DNA of 64,000 nucleotides from Eledone cirrhosa (GCA_964016885.1 OZ024761.1:31620001-31684000); one strand, 5' to 3'; shown: positions 19,401 to 33,061, counted from the first letter of the stretch. Notes: generated from the letters alone by a model not told the origin. Translations and numbers: made by a program.

Positions 19401-20850
19401 ATAGACAATACATAGACAATACACAGACAATACACAGACAATACACAGACAATACACAGACAATACACAGACAATACACAGACAATACACAGATAATACA
19501 CAGTTAATACACAGACAATACATAGACAATACATAGACAATACACAGACAATACATTGAGAATACATAGACAATACACAGACTATACACAGACAAAACAC
19601 AGACAATATATAAACAATACACAGACAATACACAGACAATACATAGATAATACACAGACAATACACAGACATTACATAAACAATACATAGACAATACACA
19701 GACAATACATAGACAATACACAGACAATACACAGACAATACATAGACAATACATAGACAATACACAGACAATACATAGATAATACATAAACAATACACAG
19801 ACAATACACAGACAATACATAGACAATACACAGACAATACACAGACAATACATAGGCAATACACAGACAATACAAAGACAATACATAGACAATACACAGA
19901 CAATACATAGACAATACACAGACAATACACAGACAATACATAGACAATACACAGACAATACACAGACAATACACAGACAATACACAGACAATACATAGAC
20001 AATACATAGACAATGCATAAACAATACTTAGGCAATACACAGTCACACATATAGACAATACACAGACAATACATAGACAATACATAGACAATACATAGAC
20101 AATATATAAACAATACTTAGGCAATACACAATCACACATATAGACAATACACGGACAATACATAGACAATACACGGACAATACACACACAATACACAGAC
20201 AATACACAGACAATACACAGACAATACATAGACAATACACAGACAATACATAGACAATACACAGACAATACATAGACAATACATAAACAATACTTAGGCA
20301 ATACACAATGACACATATAGACAATACACAGACAATACACAGACAATACATAGACAATACGTAGGCAATACACAATCACACATATAGACAATACACAGAC
20401 AATACACAGACAATACACAGATAATACACAGGCAATACATAAACAATACATAGGCAATACACAGACAATACAAAGACAATACATAGACAATACATAGACA
20501 ATACACAGACAATACATAGACAATACACAGACAATACATAGACAATACACAGACAATACATAGACAATACACAGACAATACACAGACAATACACAGACAA
20601 TACACAGACAATACACAGACAATACATAGACAATACATAGACAATACATAAACAATACTTAGGCAATACACAATCACACATATAGACAATACACAGACAA
20701 TACACAGACAATACACAGGCAATACATAAACAATACATAGACAATACACAGACAACACATAGACAATACACAGACAATACACAGACAACACATAGACAAT
20801 ACATAAACAATACTTTGGCAATACACAATCACACATATAGACAACACACA
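4460..20850. repeat. ~16.4-kb satellite of a 10-bp unit, ACAATACA(C/T)AG-type (GACAATACAY A), ~1600 copies
   Basis: Direct reading: gacaatacata/gacaatacaca registers throughout, with frequent point variants. It is the source of all CIVYVLSMYCL-type ORFs. Confidence 0.98.
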
Positions 20851-21319
20851 CAGAGAAGTGTCCATTATGTCTGCATTGTCAACCTGACCTTTTTATATAG
20901 ACAAGACGTCTATACGGTGTCAGCCTGACCCGAGTGTATATAATGATGCTATTTAGTGAATCTATTTAACCTATCTAGATACGTTAAACAATTGTTAAAC
21001 ACCTATTGTTTCTGTAACGCAGGTGTGGGGTGGTGACACTGAGTGGAGTCGTGGTTTGTCGTGTTGGTGGTGGTGGCGATGGCGGCGGTGATACAGTTGA
21101 CGTTTCACCGCTACCATGACTACCAATGTGTTTTTTTTTACCAAACTCAAGAGACACTGTTGACGTCCTTCCGCTACAACGTTATTTTTTCAAAGACGAG
21201 GTTAAACTTTGCCTTTCATCCTTACGGGTTCGATAAAATAAAGTACCTGTAATGTACTGAGTAATTGGTGACCTTTTGCCAAAATTAGAAACAGTTATTT
21301 TTTCAAATACATAATTTTT

Positions 21320-21498
21320 TCTACTTTTGGCACAAGGCCAGCAAATTCCCCAGTACATTACTGGTACTTTATTTTATCGACACCGTATGGATGAAAGGCA
21401 AAGTTAACCTCGGCGGGATTTGAACTCAGATCATAAAGGGACGTAACTATGCTGGAAAGCATGTCCGACCCTCTACCGATACTGCCAATTCACCGCCC
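21320..21498 (-). mobile_element. Same SINE family (partial + copy at ~21195-21290)
   Basis: ctggtactttattttatcgac..gatgaaaggcaaagttaacctcggcgggatttgaactcaga..ctgccaattcaccgcc. Confidence 0.8.
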
Positions 21499-21509
21499 TT
21501 TTTTCAAAC

Positions 21510-22270
21510 ACATAATGTCTCACCACTACCATGACTACCATCGTTTTTTTTTCCAAAAACTCAAGAGACGCTTTGGCGTCTCACAGCTACAACGTTATTT
21601 TTTCAAACACATGACGTCTCACAGCTACAACGTTATTTTTTCAAACACATGACGTCTCACAGCTACAACGTTATTTTTTCAAACACATGACGTCTCACAG
21701 CTACAACGTTATTTTTTCAAACACATGACGTCTCACCGCTACCGTGGCTACCAACGTTATTTATCCAAACACATGACGTCTCAGCGCTACCGTGACTACC
21801 AACTTTATTTATCCAACCACATGACGTTTCACCACTACAACGTTATTTTCCCAAACACATGACGTCTCATCGCTACCGCTACAACGTTAATTTTTCAAAC
21901 ACATGACGTCTCAACGCTACCGTGACTACCAACGGTACTTTCCCAAACATGACCTCTCACCGCTACCATGACTAGCAACGTTATTTTTTCAAACACATGT
22001 CTCATCGCTACCGTGACTACCAACGTTATTTATCCAAACACATAACGTCTCACCGATACCGTGACGTGCCAACGTTATTTTTCCAAACTCAACAGACGCT
22101 GTTGACGTCTCACCACTGCCGTGACTTCCAACATTCGTCTCACTGCTACCATGACTACCAACGCTATTTTTCCAAACTCAAGACACGCTGACGTCTCGCC
22201 GTTACCATGATTACCAACGTTTGTCTCACCGAACTACCAAAGTTATTTTTCCAAACTCAAGAGACACCCC
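21510..22270. repeat. 39/48-bp minisatellite (aaacacatgacgtctcacagctacaacgttattttttc, with or without cgtgactac)
   Basis: Homogeneous core at 21578-21735, degenerating outward. Confidence 0.9.
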
Positions 22271-22339
22271 GAAAAGTTTCTGAGCCAAAAAGGGTTCCAC
22301 GTTTGAAAAGGTTTGGGGGACCCTGCACTAAGAGGTCAC

Positions 22340-22622
22340 TCTGATATAAAACCTGTCACTTCGCTTGTATCATGTGATGTAGACCAGTTCTACTTTTTGA
22401 GTAAATGCATTCGATGTCCAGAGAATGTGATTGGCCCCGTGCAAAGCCTTTCCTCGCTTAAAAAAGTTTCAGGCATCGCTTGATATGTCACATTTTTTTG
22501 AGATGCATGTCATTGCTGGCCATAGGCAAGCCCCCAGCAGGACTAAAAAGCCACGTCCGTGATGTTCATGTTTAAGTATCAAGCGATGGCATTACCCGAA
22601 ATCGAGTTACAGCCATCATCAT
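22340..22622 (+). mobile_element. Diverged RTE-like 3' end
   Basis: gcaggactaaaaagccacgtccgt (AGLKSHVR) and the terminus cgaaatcgagttacagccatc resemble the 3' end of the 600-bp element. Followed by (CA)n. Confidence 0.5.
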
Positions 22623-23277
22623 GCACACGCACACGCACACACACACACACACACACAGACACAGACGCACGCACATTGAATGTATATAATGAATGTATAT
22701 ATATATATATTGAATGTATATATAATGTATGTATGTATATATATATATATATATATATTGAATGTATATATAATGTATATATAATGTATATATATATATA
22801 ATGAATGTATATATAATGTATATATATATTGAATGTATATATAATGTATATATATATATATTGAATGTATATATAATGTATATATATATATATTGAATGT
22901 ATATATAATGTATATATATATATATATTGAATGTATATATAATGTATATATATATATATATATTGAATGTATATATAATGTATATATATATATATATTGA
23001 ATGTATATATAATGTATATATATATATATATTGAATGTATATATAATGTATATATATATATTGAATGTATATATAATGTATATATATATTTATATATTGA
23101 ATGTATATATAATGTATATATATATATATATTGAATGTATATATAATGTATATATATATTTATATATTGAATGTATATATAATGTATATATATATATTGA
23201 ATGTATATATAATGTATATATATATATATATTGGATGTATATAATGTATGTATATATTGGGAATATATATATATATT

Positions 23278-23316
<39 letters not shown>

Positions 23317-23381
23317 GGTTGTAGGTGGTGATAGTGTTGTTGTTGTTTTGACTAAATCCTCACGGAACACAGAGAGAGAGA

Positions 23382-23445
<64 letters not shown>

Positions 23446-23767
23446 AAAATCTCGGGTCATTTCTGCTTCAGTGATCTTAGTGTTGACTGTACAGACATGT
23501 GACATCCGTCTTCTACATCCGGGTTCCATTCATTGCGCAAATATTTACACCTTTGAAATAATATTTGTTATATACACACATATATACATTCATACATACA
23601 GATATATATACACATATATACATACATACATACAGATATATATATACAGATATATATATACATACATACATATATATATATATATACACATATATACATA
23701 CATACAGATATATATATATATACACACATATATACATACATACATATATATATATATACACACATAT

Positions 23768-23810
<43 letters not shown>

Positions 23811-23849
23811 TACATACATACATATATATATATATACACACATATATAC

Positions 23850-23901
<52 letters not shown>

Positions 23902-24471
23902 ATATATACACACATATATACATATATATATATATATACACACATATATACATACATACACATATATACACATACATACACATATACACACATATATACA
24001 GGCATACACAAACGTGTGTGTGTATATATGTTCATTTTTGATAATATATTCATTATATAGACATTTGTTATGTATACATCTATAGTGCATTCTTTTATTG
24101 AATAGATATATATATGTGTATATATATATTGTGTATATATATATATACATGTATATATATATGTATGTATATATATATGTATATATATATATATGTATAT
24201 ATGTATATGTATATAAGTATGTAAGTATGTGTGTATACGTACATACATATATGTATACAGACGTACAGTAGCATGCATATATATATATATATATATATAC
24301 ATACAGGTACACATAGATATATGCACGTATCAGTTTAGCGGACGCTTATTATAACGCCGCTTTGTTCGTTTGTAAACAAACTGAACAGCCTGAATTTTTA
24401 TGCCGTACGGTGTTAAGTACATTTAAGTAAGTGCCGTACTAAGAGTGAGAAATGAAATAAGTATGTATATG

Positions 24472-24519
<48 letters not shown>

Positions 24520-24520
24520 C

Positions 24521-24588
<68 letters not shown>

Positions 24589-24590
<2 letters not shown>

Positions 24591-25185
24591 TGGCTACCAA
24601 CTCGTTTTCGAGTACGGCCACTACTTTATATCCATGTAGGAGAACTCCTACCGATGCGCTGAACGAGTGTGACTTTTTAGTCCAGCCAGCGACTTGAAAA
24701 CTCTGGTACAAACACTATACTTGTGACAATTATTGACACATAGTGCTGGGCCCATGGTACCATGTGACGACAAGTGCAGAGAGATCTCCAGATATAAAGC
24801 AATGCCTGTGCCGTGAAGCTTTTATAGTGAGCAAAGGCACTGCACAAAGCCAGTCCCACTCTCTTAACCAAGATGATATTTACCAAAAAGAAGAACAAGT
24901 CAACATCATTGGATACCATCAGGGTTGCAGGTGTTATATCAGAGTTTTCCTTCTCCTAGAATTCTGCCTTGACAAAGGCTAAGGGGTCATCTCTCCCGGT
25001 GATTTTGGATGACCATTGACACTTAAGAGCTCCTTTGGCCTTTGACAGGTTTTGTTTTTAGTCCTGCAGGATGTCCAAAGTCACCCTCCTCACCAAAACA
25101 CCTTGGTGGGGTTGCCAGTTTAGTCGCCAACGACCCGACCATGAAACAGGCTGTACTGGGATACATGTTACCAGTGGCACCAACT
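24589..25185 (-). mobile_element. ~600-bp RTE-LINE-derived non-autonomous element
   Basis: Reverse complement of the 48070-48660 copy. The 3' part encodes [25 protein letters not shown], like the RTE C-terminal zinc knuckle. (TA)n tail. Confidence 0.75.
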
Positions 25186-25196
25186 GGTGACCTGAC

Positions 25197-25243
<47 letters not shown>

Positions 25244-25281
25244 CACATATATATATATATATATATATGTGTGTATGTGTA

Positions 25282-25333
<52 letters not shown>

Positions 25334-25352
25334 CGTATGTGTGTATATATCT

Positions 25353-25384
<32 letters not shown>

Positions 25385-25438
25385 GTGTTTGTATATATGA
25401 ATGTATATATATATTGTATATATATATTGTGTATATAT

Positions 25439-25564
<126 letters not shown>

Positions 25565-25849
25565 GTATATATATACATATGAGATAACGAAGTTTCACTT
25601 TAAAATGTTTTCATTCCATACCGTGTGTGTGTGAGTGTAGACTAACCTTAACATCATAAATCAATCATAGAAAGGTTTGTCTCGGTTGTCTGTTGTGTCT
25701 CTCTGAAGTTCAAAGCCTCAGGTGAATGTTACTTGACTATTATATTCATCTGGTTACCAAGACATTTCTTAACAACCTGTCCATGTATATAGTTTCAAAT
25801 AACTGAAAATATATCAGCCACCATTGTGGTGTATCTTCTTCTTTTACTT

Positions 25850-27330
25850 CTTCTTCATATCTTCGTCTTCGTCCACTTATTTCTGAGAGAGTCGTGACAA
25901 CAGAGTCGTCAAACATTCATTCCAGCGGGTGCTGTCACAAGTAACTCAATCCCTCAATTAATCCGGCTGGATCTCCAAGCGAGACCAGAACCAGTCCGAG
26001 CTTATGGATGTTATCCAAGCATTTGTGGTAGATCTTCTTCTTCTCCTTCTTCTTCTCCTTCTCCTTCTTCTCCTTCTTCTTCTCCTTCTCCTTCTTCTCC
26101 TTCTTCTTCTTCTTCTTCTCCTTCTTCTTCTCCTTCTCCTTCTCCTTCTTCTCCTTCTTCTTCTCCTTCTTCTTCTCCTTCTCCTCCTTCTCCTCCTTCT
26201 CCTTCTTCTTCTTCTCCTTCTTCTTCTTCTTCTTCTTCTTCTTCTTCTTCTCCTTCTTCTTCTTCTTCTCCTTCTTCTTCTCCTTCTTCTTCTCCTTCTT
26301 CTTCTCCTTCTTCTCCTTCTTCTTCTTCTTCTTCTTCTTCTTCTTCTCCTTCTTCTTCTTCTTCTTCTTCTCCTTCTTCTTCTTCTTCTTCTTCTCCTTC
26401 TTCTTCTCCTTCTCCTTCTTCTTCTTCTTCTTCTCCTTCTTCTTCTTCTTCTTCTTCTCCTTCTTCTTCTCCTTCTTCTTCTCCTTCTTCTTCTTCTTCT
26501 TCTTCTTCTCCTTCTTCTTCTTCTTCTTCTTCTTCTTCTCCTTCTCCTTCTTCTTCTTCTCCTTCTTCTTCTCCTTCTTCTCCTTCTCCTTCTCCTTCTT
26601 CTCCTTCTTCTTCTCCTTCTTCTTCTTCTTCTTCTCCTTCTTCTTCTCCTTCTTCTTCTTCTTCTTCTCCTTCTTCTTCTTCTTCTTCTTCTTCTTCTCC
26701 TTCTTCTTTTTATTATTCTTCTCCTTCTCCTTCTTCTTCTTCTTCTTCTTCTTCTCCTTCTTCTTCTTTTTATTATTCTTCTCCTTCTTGTCAACGTATT
26801 CCTCAGAGGGTCGTTATGGCAGAGTTCTCAAGGACGCCTTCTAACGAGTCTTGTCAGAAGCAGCTACCTCCAATACATCCGGCTGGATCTCCAAGCGAGA
26901 CCAGAACCAGTCCGAGCTTATGGATTGTATCCAAATATTTGCCATATATCTTCTTTATCTTCATCGTCTCCGTCTACTTCGTCTTCTTCTTCCATGTCCA
27001 CTTATTCCAGGGAGAGTCGTGGGAATAGAGTCCTCAAACACTCATTCCAGAGGGCCCTGCCACAAGCAAATGACTCCTCCAATTTATCCGACTGGATCTC
27101 CAAGCGAGACCAGAACCAGTCCGAGCTCATTCATGGATGTTATCCAATTATTTACGGTATATCTTCTTCTTTATTTCTTTGTTCTTTGTCCACTTATTCC
27201 TGGGAGGGTCGTGGGGGCATGGCATAGCCCTCAAGCACGCCTTCCAGTGGGTCCTGTCAGAAGCAACTGACTCCAATTCATCCGGCTGGATCTCCAAGCA
27301 ACACCAGCCGACCTCATTGATTTTATCCAA
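25850..27330 (-). mobile_element. Four tandem ~190-bp units resembling RTE ORF 3' fragments, separated by (GAA)n tracts
   Basis: atccggctggatctccaagcgagaccagaaccagtccgagct recurs at ~25961, ~26877, ~27086 and ~27280. The minus strand gives LEIQPDELESVASDRTHWK, like RTE ..I.PD.WE..A.DR..W. Confidence 0.6.
26033..26790. repeat. ~750-bp (CTT/CTC)n polypyrimidine tract
   Basis: Direct reading. Source of the poly-L and poly-R ORFs. Confidence 0.98.
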
Positions 27331-28213
27331 CCATTTGCAGTATATACTTAATAACCAATGCTCCTATGAGATAGGATTCATTTTGTTTTCGGTCTTGTTC
27401 TGTTCTAAGAAGATATTTTTTTCAGTATGTTTACATGAGGCAGGACTTCACTTATTGCGAGAAAAGAAATATTTAATTTATATCAATGAAGTTGCTATTT
27501 AGGTTTATGTTATCGTCTGCAGTGAATATTCTTTGTGGTATATTAGAAAGATGCAATTAAGTACTTCCGGTTTATAGTCAGCAACCATTAAAAACTGTTC
27601 ATCTATTTTGAGAGGTAAATCTATAAAGAATATACTTCCTGTATATTTTCTAATGCTGTTTCCGGTACAGTACGTTAGCAAAGTACAAATGAAACATGTT
27701 TAGACTATAGAAAACCACTGTTTCCCCCGGTTTCGTCGGGATTGGGAGTGGGTTAAAGATCTATAAAATATTTACTTCCTGTCTGCTGAGAATATTACTT
27801 CTGGTATACTGACGTGAGCCAATGAAATAATTTTATTGTGAAGAGCTCCACTCTAATATGTAGTTCCTCCATGTTGGAATAAAGATTTATGAGAAGATTT
27901 TTTTCTTTTCGTTGAGAAATCAATGTCTTGTGTAGAATTATTTCCTGTCGAGAAAATTGCGAAGAAATGATGCTGTAATATTTATGAATTTGTTTACTCA
28001 TGTTGTAAAATGAAATTATTGCTACCTCAGTCAACTTATATATATATATATATTATAAGTAAATATATATATATATATATATTATAAGTAAATATATATA
28101 TATATATATTATAAGTAAATATATATATATATTATAAGTAAATATGTATATTGGGTTTTTATAGCTTAATCTGTGTTCATTTTCATGTTTCAATGTCTCT
28201 TTGTGCGTATACA

Positions 28214-28265
<52 letters not shown>

Positions 28266-28305
28266 TCTCTCTCTCTCTATATATATATATATATACACAC
28301 ACACA

Positions 28306-28356
<51 letters not shown>

Positions 28357-28416
28357 GTAATTTGTAGCTTAATCTGTGTTTGTGTGTTTTTGTGAGTATA
28401 GATGCATATGTGTGCG

Positions 28417-28448
<32 letters not shown>

Positions 28449-28460
28449 GTGTGTCTGTGT

Positions 28461-28526
<66 letters not shown>

Positions 28527-29142
28527 AGTTAATCTGTGTCTGATTTCTGTATCTGTGAGAAAGTGTGGAGAGAAGAAAGCACACAAAATTTTTATTCAAT
28601 TATTTTTACGAATTATATCATTTCAATTTAGTTCACTTAGACTGCAGCATCAACATCAACAACAACACACACTCAAGCACAAACACTTACGTACATTCAC
28701 ACACCCACATATACATAGAAACTCAACCATACTTATATAGAGATTGCAAATGTCCACAGAGATTTAAAAAACCGCCAGTGGTGAAATCCCTACTTAGACG
28801 AGAATTTAGATTCTGCTCAACTAACTTAGCAACTAGATAAGAAAATCTACAGACTGAATCTAACACTCTATTCTAATAGACTAATAGACTTAATTATGAA
28901 GGAACGCAGTGTAGGGGTTAGGGTGTTGGGCTCACGGTCGTAAGGTCGTGAGTTCGATTCCCGACCTGCGCACTGCGTTGTGTATTTGGACGTTTCCTTA
29001 GTTCACACTCTCCTGGCAAAAGAAATATAAATTGAGCTTGTAACACAACCGGCAGCATTGTCACACATTGTTAGTCTGAGAATTCTGTTAAGGAGTCACA
29101 TGTTAGTGGAATGCTCGGCCACGTACACACGCACACACACAC

Positions 29143-29177
<35 letters not shown>

Positions 29178-29198
29178 CACACTTTATATATATATATA

Positions 29199-29392
29199 GT
29201 TTTAATATAGCTGAGATTCTACAGGACTAGAACTGTTTCATTCTTTAGAAATCATCAGGAATCTCTGATGATTTCTAAAGAATGAAACAGTTCTAGTCCT
29301 GTAGAATCTCATCTATATTAAAACTTTTATACTCTGCTATGTATTGAGTACCTTACTTACTGTGGTTACCTCCGATTCAACCCGGAATAACG
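29199..29392. mobile_element. Short non-autonomous hammerhead element, family A (other copies ~3338-3466, ~33006-33064, ~43536-43690, ~44183-44372)
   Basis: Shared sequence gaatgaaacagttctagtcctgtagaag..tatattaaac..ttgagtaccttacttactgtggttacc..aacccgg. A ~126-bp palindrome (29199-29324) plus a unique tail, flanked by (TA)n. Confidence 0.75.
29213..29265 (-). ncRNA. Type I hammerhead, family A
   Basis: Reverse complement: GAGAUUC-CUGAUGA-UUUC UAAA GAAU-GAAA-CAG uucuaguc CUG-UA-GAAUCUC. Stem I is 7 bp, stem II is short. Confidence 0.75.
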
Positions 29393-29420
29393 TATATATA
29401 TATATATATATACATACACA

Positions 29421-29479
<59 letters not shown>

Positions 29480-29717
29480 TCGATCGACTTTCGTCAAATT
29501 GAACCGAGGAAATAATGTTTCCATTGGTCTTTCCAATTGCTAATTTGCTAATACTTTCTAGGTAGAAGGAGTAACGTGACATAAAGTTTCTTGCTCAAGG
29601 ACAGAATGCATCGCCCGGTCCAGGAACTCACAACCTCACGATTGTGAATCCAATTCTCTTACCACTCAGTCATGTATATATATATATATACACACACATA
29701 CACACACACAAGTAAGC

Positions 29718-29765
<48 letters not shown>

Positions 29766-29771
<6 letters not shown>

Positions 29772-29927
29772 ATACTTTGGGAGGGTCATGTTGCCAATAA
29801 GAAACACACGCACCAGTTGCTTTCACTTCAATTTATTATATATTTATAAATTTATAAATTTACAAATCTATAAATTTATATGCGTGTGTTTCTTATTGGC
29901 AACATGACCCTCCCAAAGTATAACAAT
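29766..29927. repeat. Inverted pair of a dispersed repeat end (tgttatactttgggagggtcat...), relatives at ~38941-39058, ~40850-41130 and ~41455-41580
   Basis: ~47-bp arms. 38941-39058 is the reverse complement of 29770-29880. All copies start abruptly from (TA)n. Confidence 0.65.
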
Positions 29928-29983
29928 ATCGGTTTCAACACACGATTTCAGATAAAGAATCTTGCTAAACAAATTCAGAAACG

Positions 29984-30047
<64 letters not shown>

Positions 30048-30277
30048 TCAGCGAGAATCGCATTTCGGCGGGTAGAAAAAGCGAAACGTAACGCAAATTT
30101 GAGTCATGCTGGCAAGCGCTCCATGGGCTAAAAGACTAGAGCAATAAACATAGGTTATAAAGGCCATACAAACTGAGAAGGCGGTCAAGAAGCCATTAAA
30201 CACCTAAGCCAAAAAACAAGTCAAGCTAAAGGTCAGACAAAATAAATGACATAATCATATATATATATATATATATA

Positions 30278-30510
30278 TATTTATTAAAATAACAGATTAA
30301 AGTTTAAGCAAAGAATCGCTGCTTTCACCCTTAACGGGATCTTCTGAAACGGGAGTTTCAGAAGATCCCGTTAAGGGTGAAAGCAGCGATTCTTTGCTTA
30401 AACTTTAATCTGTTATTTTAATAAATATTTGCTCTACAGTTCTTATATATTTGATATATATTTTCCTTATCGAGCCCTCTTTGGATTTTAGTCTTCAATT
30501 TTATTATTAT

Positions 30511-30515
<5 letters not shown>
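30278..30515. mobile_element. Fold-back short element (palindrome 30278-30428 plus tail), second copy at ~51520-51735 in opposite orientation
   Basis: Perfect ~70-bp arms. The tail ccttatcgagccctctttggattttagtcttca is found as its reverse complement at 51.54 kb. (TA)n flanks. Confidence 0.75.
30353..30405 (+). ncRNA. Hammerhead-like motif with CAGAAGA (U4A) core, present on both arms of a palindrome
   Basis: GAGUUU-CAGAAGA-UCCC guuaa GGGU-GAAA-GCA gcgauucuu UGC-UU-AAACUU. All three stems form, but the core is non-canonical at position 4. Confidence 0.55.
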
Positions 30516-30561
<46 letters not shown>

Positions 30562-31723
30562 CACATGTATATATAACAAACCTTGGAATTGATGGTAAAA
30601 TCCAGTACAGGGTTTCTGCGACACCTAAATCAATAATACTGTCTGCTTAAAACAATAAGCTTTTGGTAGAATGATCGAACGAGGAATATCACGTTATTAA
30701 CAGGTATTTTGTTCTGCGCCAGTGTTGTGGATGACACAGTGTTTTGTAAAAGCACCCCAGATTTTGGCAAATGAATTCACTATGTGTAAATCCATGCAAA
30801 AAATTGCATAAATAGCACAAATCGAATAAGCTCTCGACCGGGTAGTTTTTAAAATAAACTTATACAATTAATCTGTCAATAGAATTATTAACAGGTTAAT
30901 TGTAAGACTCGGGAGATTAATACAAATATAAATTCAGCGAGAATCGCATTTCGGCGAGTAGAAAAAGCGAAACGTAACGCAAATTCCGAGTCATGCTGGC
31001 AAGCATATATATATATTATCGATGGGGTCGATAAAATAAAGTACCAGTAATGCACTGGAGTCGATTTAATCGATTTCCCCTCCCCTTAAATTACTGGCCT
31101 TGTGTCTATAGTTGAAATCATATTAAAAGACCCATAAAACTTCTTATGAGAGGCAACTTCTTAGAGGGCCGGCTCAACTACACGGCTTGTGCGTCGTAAC
31201 AACAACAACATAACAAAACGCAGCATTTTACCCTTATTACCCTTTCAACCCAACTGTATAAGAATTTGAATGTGCTTGTTTCCGGTCAGTAGGGGATTTC
31301 TTTAAAACTTCCGGTTTCTATTCGTTTTAATCAGACTGCAAATAAATTTAAGTGAATTTCTTTGTTAAAATGTCTGTCGGATATATTGAAATACTGATTG
31401 TTGGTCAGATGGAGTAGATGGTGGATGGTGGTGGTGGTGGAGTGGATGGTGGTGGCGGTGGTGGAGTGGTGGTGGTGTGGATGGTGGTGGAGTGGATAGC
31501 GGTGACGGTGGTGGAGTGGATGGCGGTGGTGGAGTGGATGGTGGTGGTGTTGGTGATGGTGGCGATGGTGGAATAGGGGGTGATGGTGGTGGTGGTGGTG
31601 GAGTGGGTGGTGGTAGAGTGGGTGATGGAGGAGTGAATGGTGGTGGATGGCGGTGGTGGTGTAGTAGATGGTACTGAAATGGGTGGTGGAGTGGATGGTG
31701 GTGGTGGAGTGGATGGCAGTGTT

Positions 31724-31754
<31 letters not shown>

Positions 31755-32299
31755 CCTGCCTGTCTTTGTTTGTGTTTGTGTGTGCCTGCCTGCCTGTCTT
31801 TGTGTGTGTGTAAGTCGGTCTGTTTTCATTTGTTTGTGTGTGTTTGTGTGTGTGTGTAAGAGATTATGTGAGTGGTAGTGACAGACAAGATCTGGGCGAG
31901 GGAGAGAGAGAGATGAAGAGACAGACTGAGAAAGAGACAGTGAAATTGGAGGAGGATGGTAAGAATTAAGACTGAAAAAGGTCAGTAAATGAATATAAGG
32001 GAGAAAGAGATGGTAGTGGTAGTGGTCGGAGAGATAGTGTAGGAAGGGGAGTGGGAGAGTAGGGAGGGAAGAGATAAAGAGGTAGTGAGGTAATTCAAGA
32101 AGAAAAGGAAGAGAGGAAAAGAGTGATGATGAGATAGAAGAAAACCAACCGACAGAGAGAGAGAGAGGAGTAGAAGGGGATGAGAAGAAAAATAGACAGG
32201 ACTGAAGGAGTGAAGTAGGAGGACGAAGGAGAAAGAAAGAAAGATGGCGGTGGAGGAAGTTAAAGGGTTGCGTGTGTTTGTTGATAAAATATGAGATGT

Positions 32300-32590
32300 T
32301 TCGGTATTTGATGGAAATGTCAACGGGATCTTCAGTTCCGGAGTTTTTGGAAGAAAGAAATGAATGAGGTCTTGGAGAGGCATAAACAGTAATACTTCCT
32401 AGCTCTCTGACTGCTCTGTGGAAATGGCACTTCCTTGATGTCTGAATTTATAGTTTTTAAGTTTGTTTTCGGGGAAAGATGGCTGTCGCTTTGTTTAAAC
32501 AGTGTGAGAAGAATTGTGAAAGATGATTCCATTGTTCTGAGTTAAAAATAGAAATTGTAGGTTGATGTGTAACTCTGTAACTCTATAGTA
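32300..32590 (-). pseudogene. Highly decayed PLE GIY-YIG C-terminal fragment
   Basis: Minus-strand IKEVPFP...YCLCLSKTSFI resembles the C-terminal CNLCLSEKFTI of the 55.5 kb element. A purine-rich 3' UTR-like tract follows on the minus strand. Confidence 0.45.
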
Positions 32591-32699
32591 AGATGAGATC
32601 AATGTTAAATCTGTTTTTTCTTCACTGCCCGCAGTCTAGTTATGTCAATGGCGACGTGAATATCTTTTATAAGAAACCGGGTTAACGCGCCTTGGTGTC

Positions 32700-32965
32700 C
32701 TGGGTTAGAGAATATTTAGGGATCCCAGAACATATTCGGGTCTGGGTTAGGGTATTTAGGGATCCCAGCACATATTCGGCCCTCGGTTACGGAATATTTA
32801 GGGATCTCAGAACATATTCGGCCATGGGTTAGAAAGTATTTAGGGACCCCAACACATATTCGGCCCTGGGTTAGAGTATTTAGGGATCCCAGCACATATT
32901 CGGCCCTGGGTTACAGAGTATTTAAGGATCCCAACACATATACGGCTTTGGATTAGAGAGTATTC
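32700..32965. repeat. ~41-bp minisatellite (gggttagagtatttagggatcccagcacatattcggccct), ~6 copies
   Basis: Direct reading. Confidence 0.9.
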
Positions 32966-33061
32966 AGTGGTGATGCCTACACATACTCACGGTAAATTTA
33001 TTGAAAAATCATCAGGATGATTTCTTTTGAATGAAACAGTTCTGGTCTCATAGAAGCCATT

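Noticed and set aside
4369-20865. Dozens of long Cys/Val/Tyr-rich ORFs (up to 783 aa)
   Set aside because: They are translations of the 10-bp satellite in overlapping frames, with no splice signals or complexity.
21510-22270. CRISPR-like appearance of the 35-48-bp arrays (also 32700-32965 and 52459-53207)
   Set aside because: Units are contiguous with no unique spacers, there are no cas genes, and the context is eukaryotic.
25958-27227. Poly-Arg and poly-Leu ORFs
   Set aside because: Artefact of the (CTT)n tract.
32613-32690. Good-looking acceptor (ttttttcttcactgcccgcag) as a candidate upstream Hv exon, likewise at ~21022 and ~46100
   Set aside because: No convincing donor, and no frame resembling Hv S1/S2.
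32700-32965. TTAGGG-like words suggesting interstitial telomere
   Set aside because: Only isolated hexamers within a 41-bp unit, not tandem TTAGGG.
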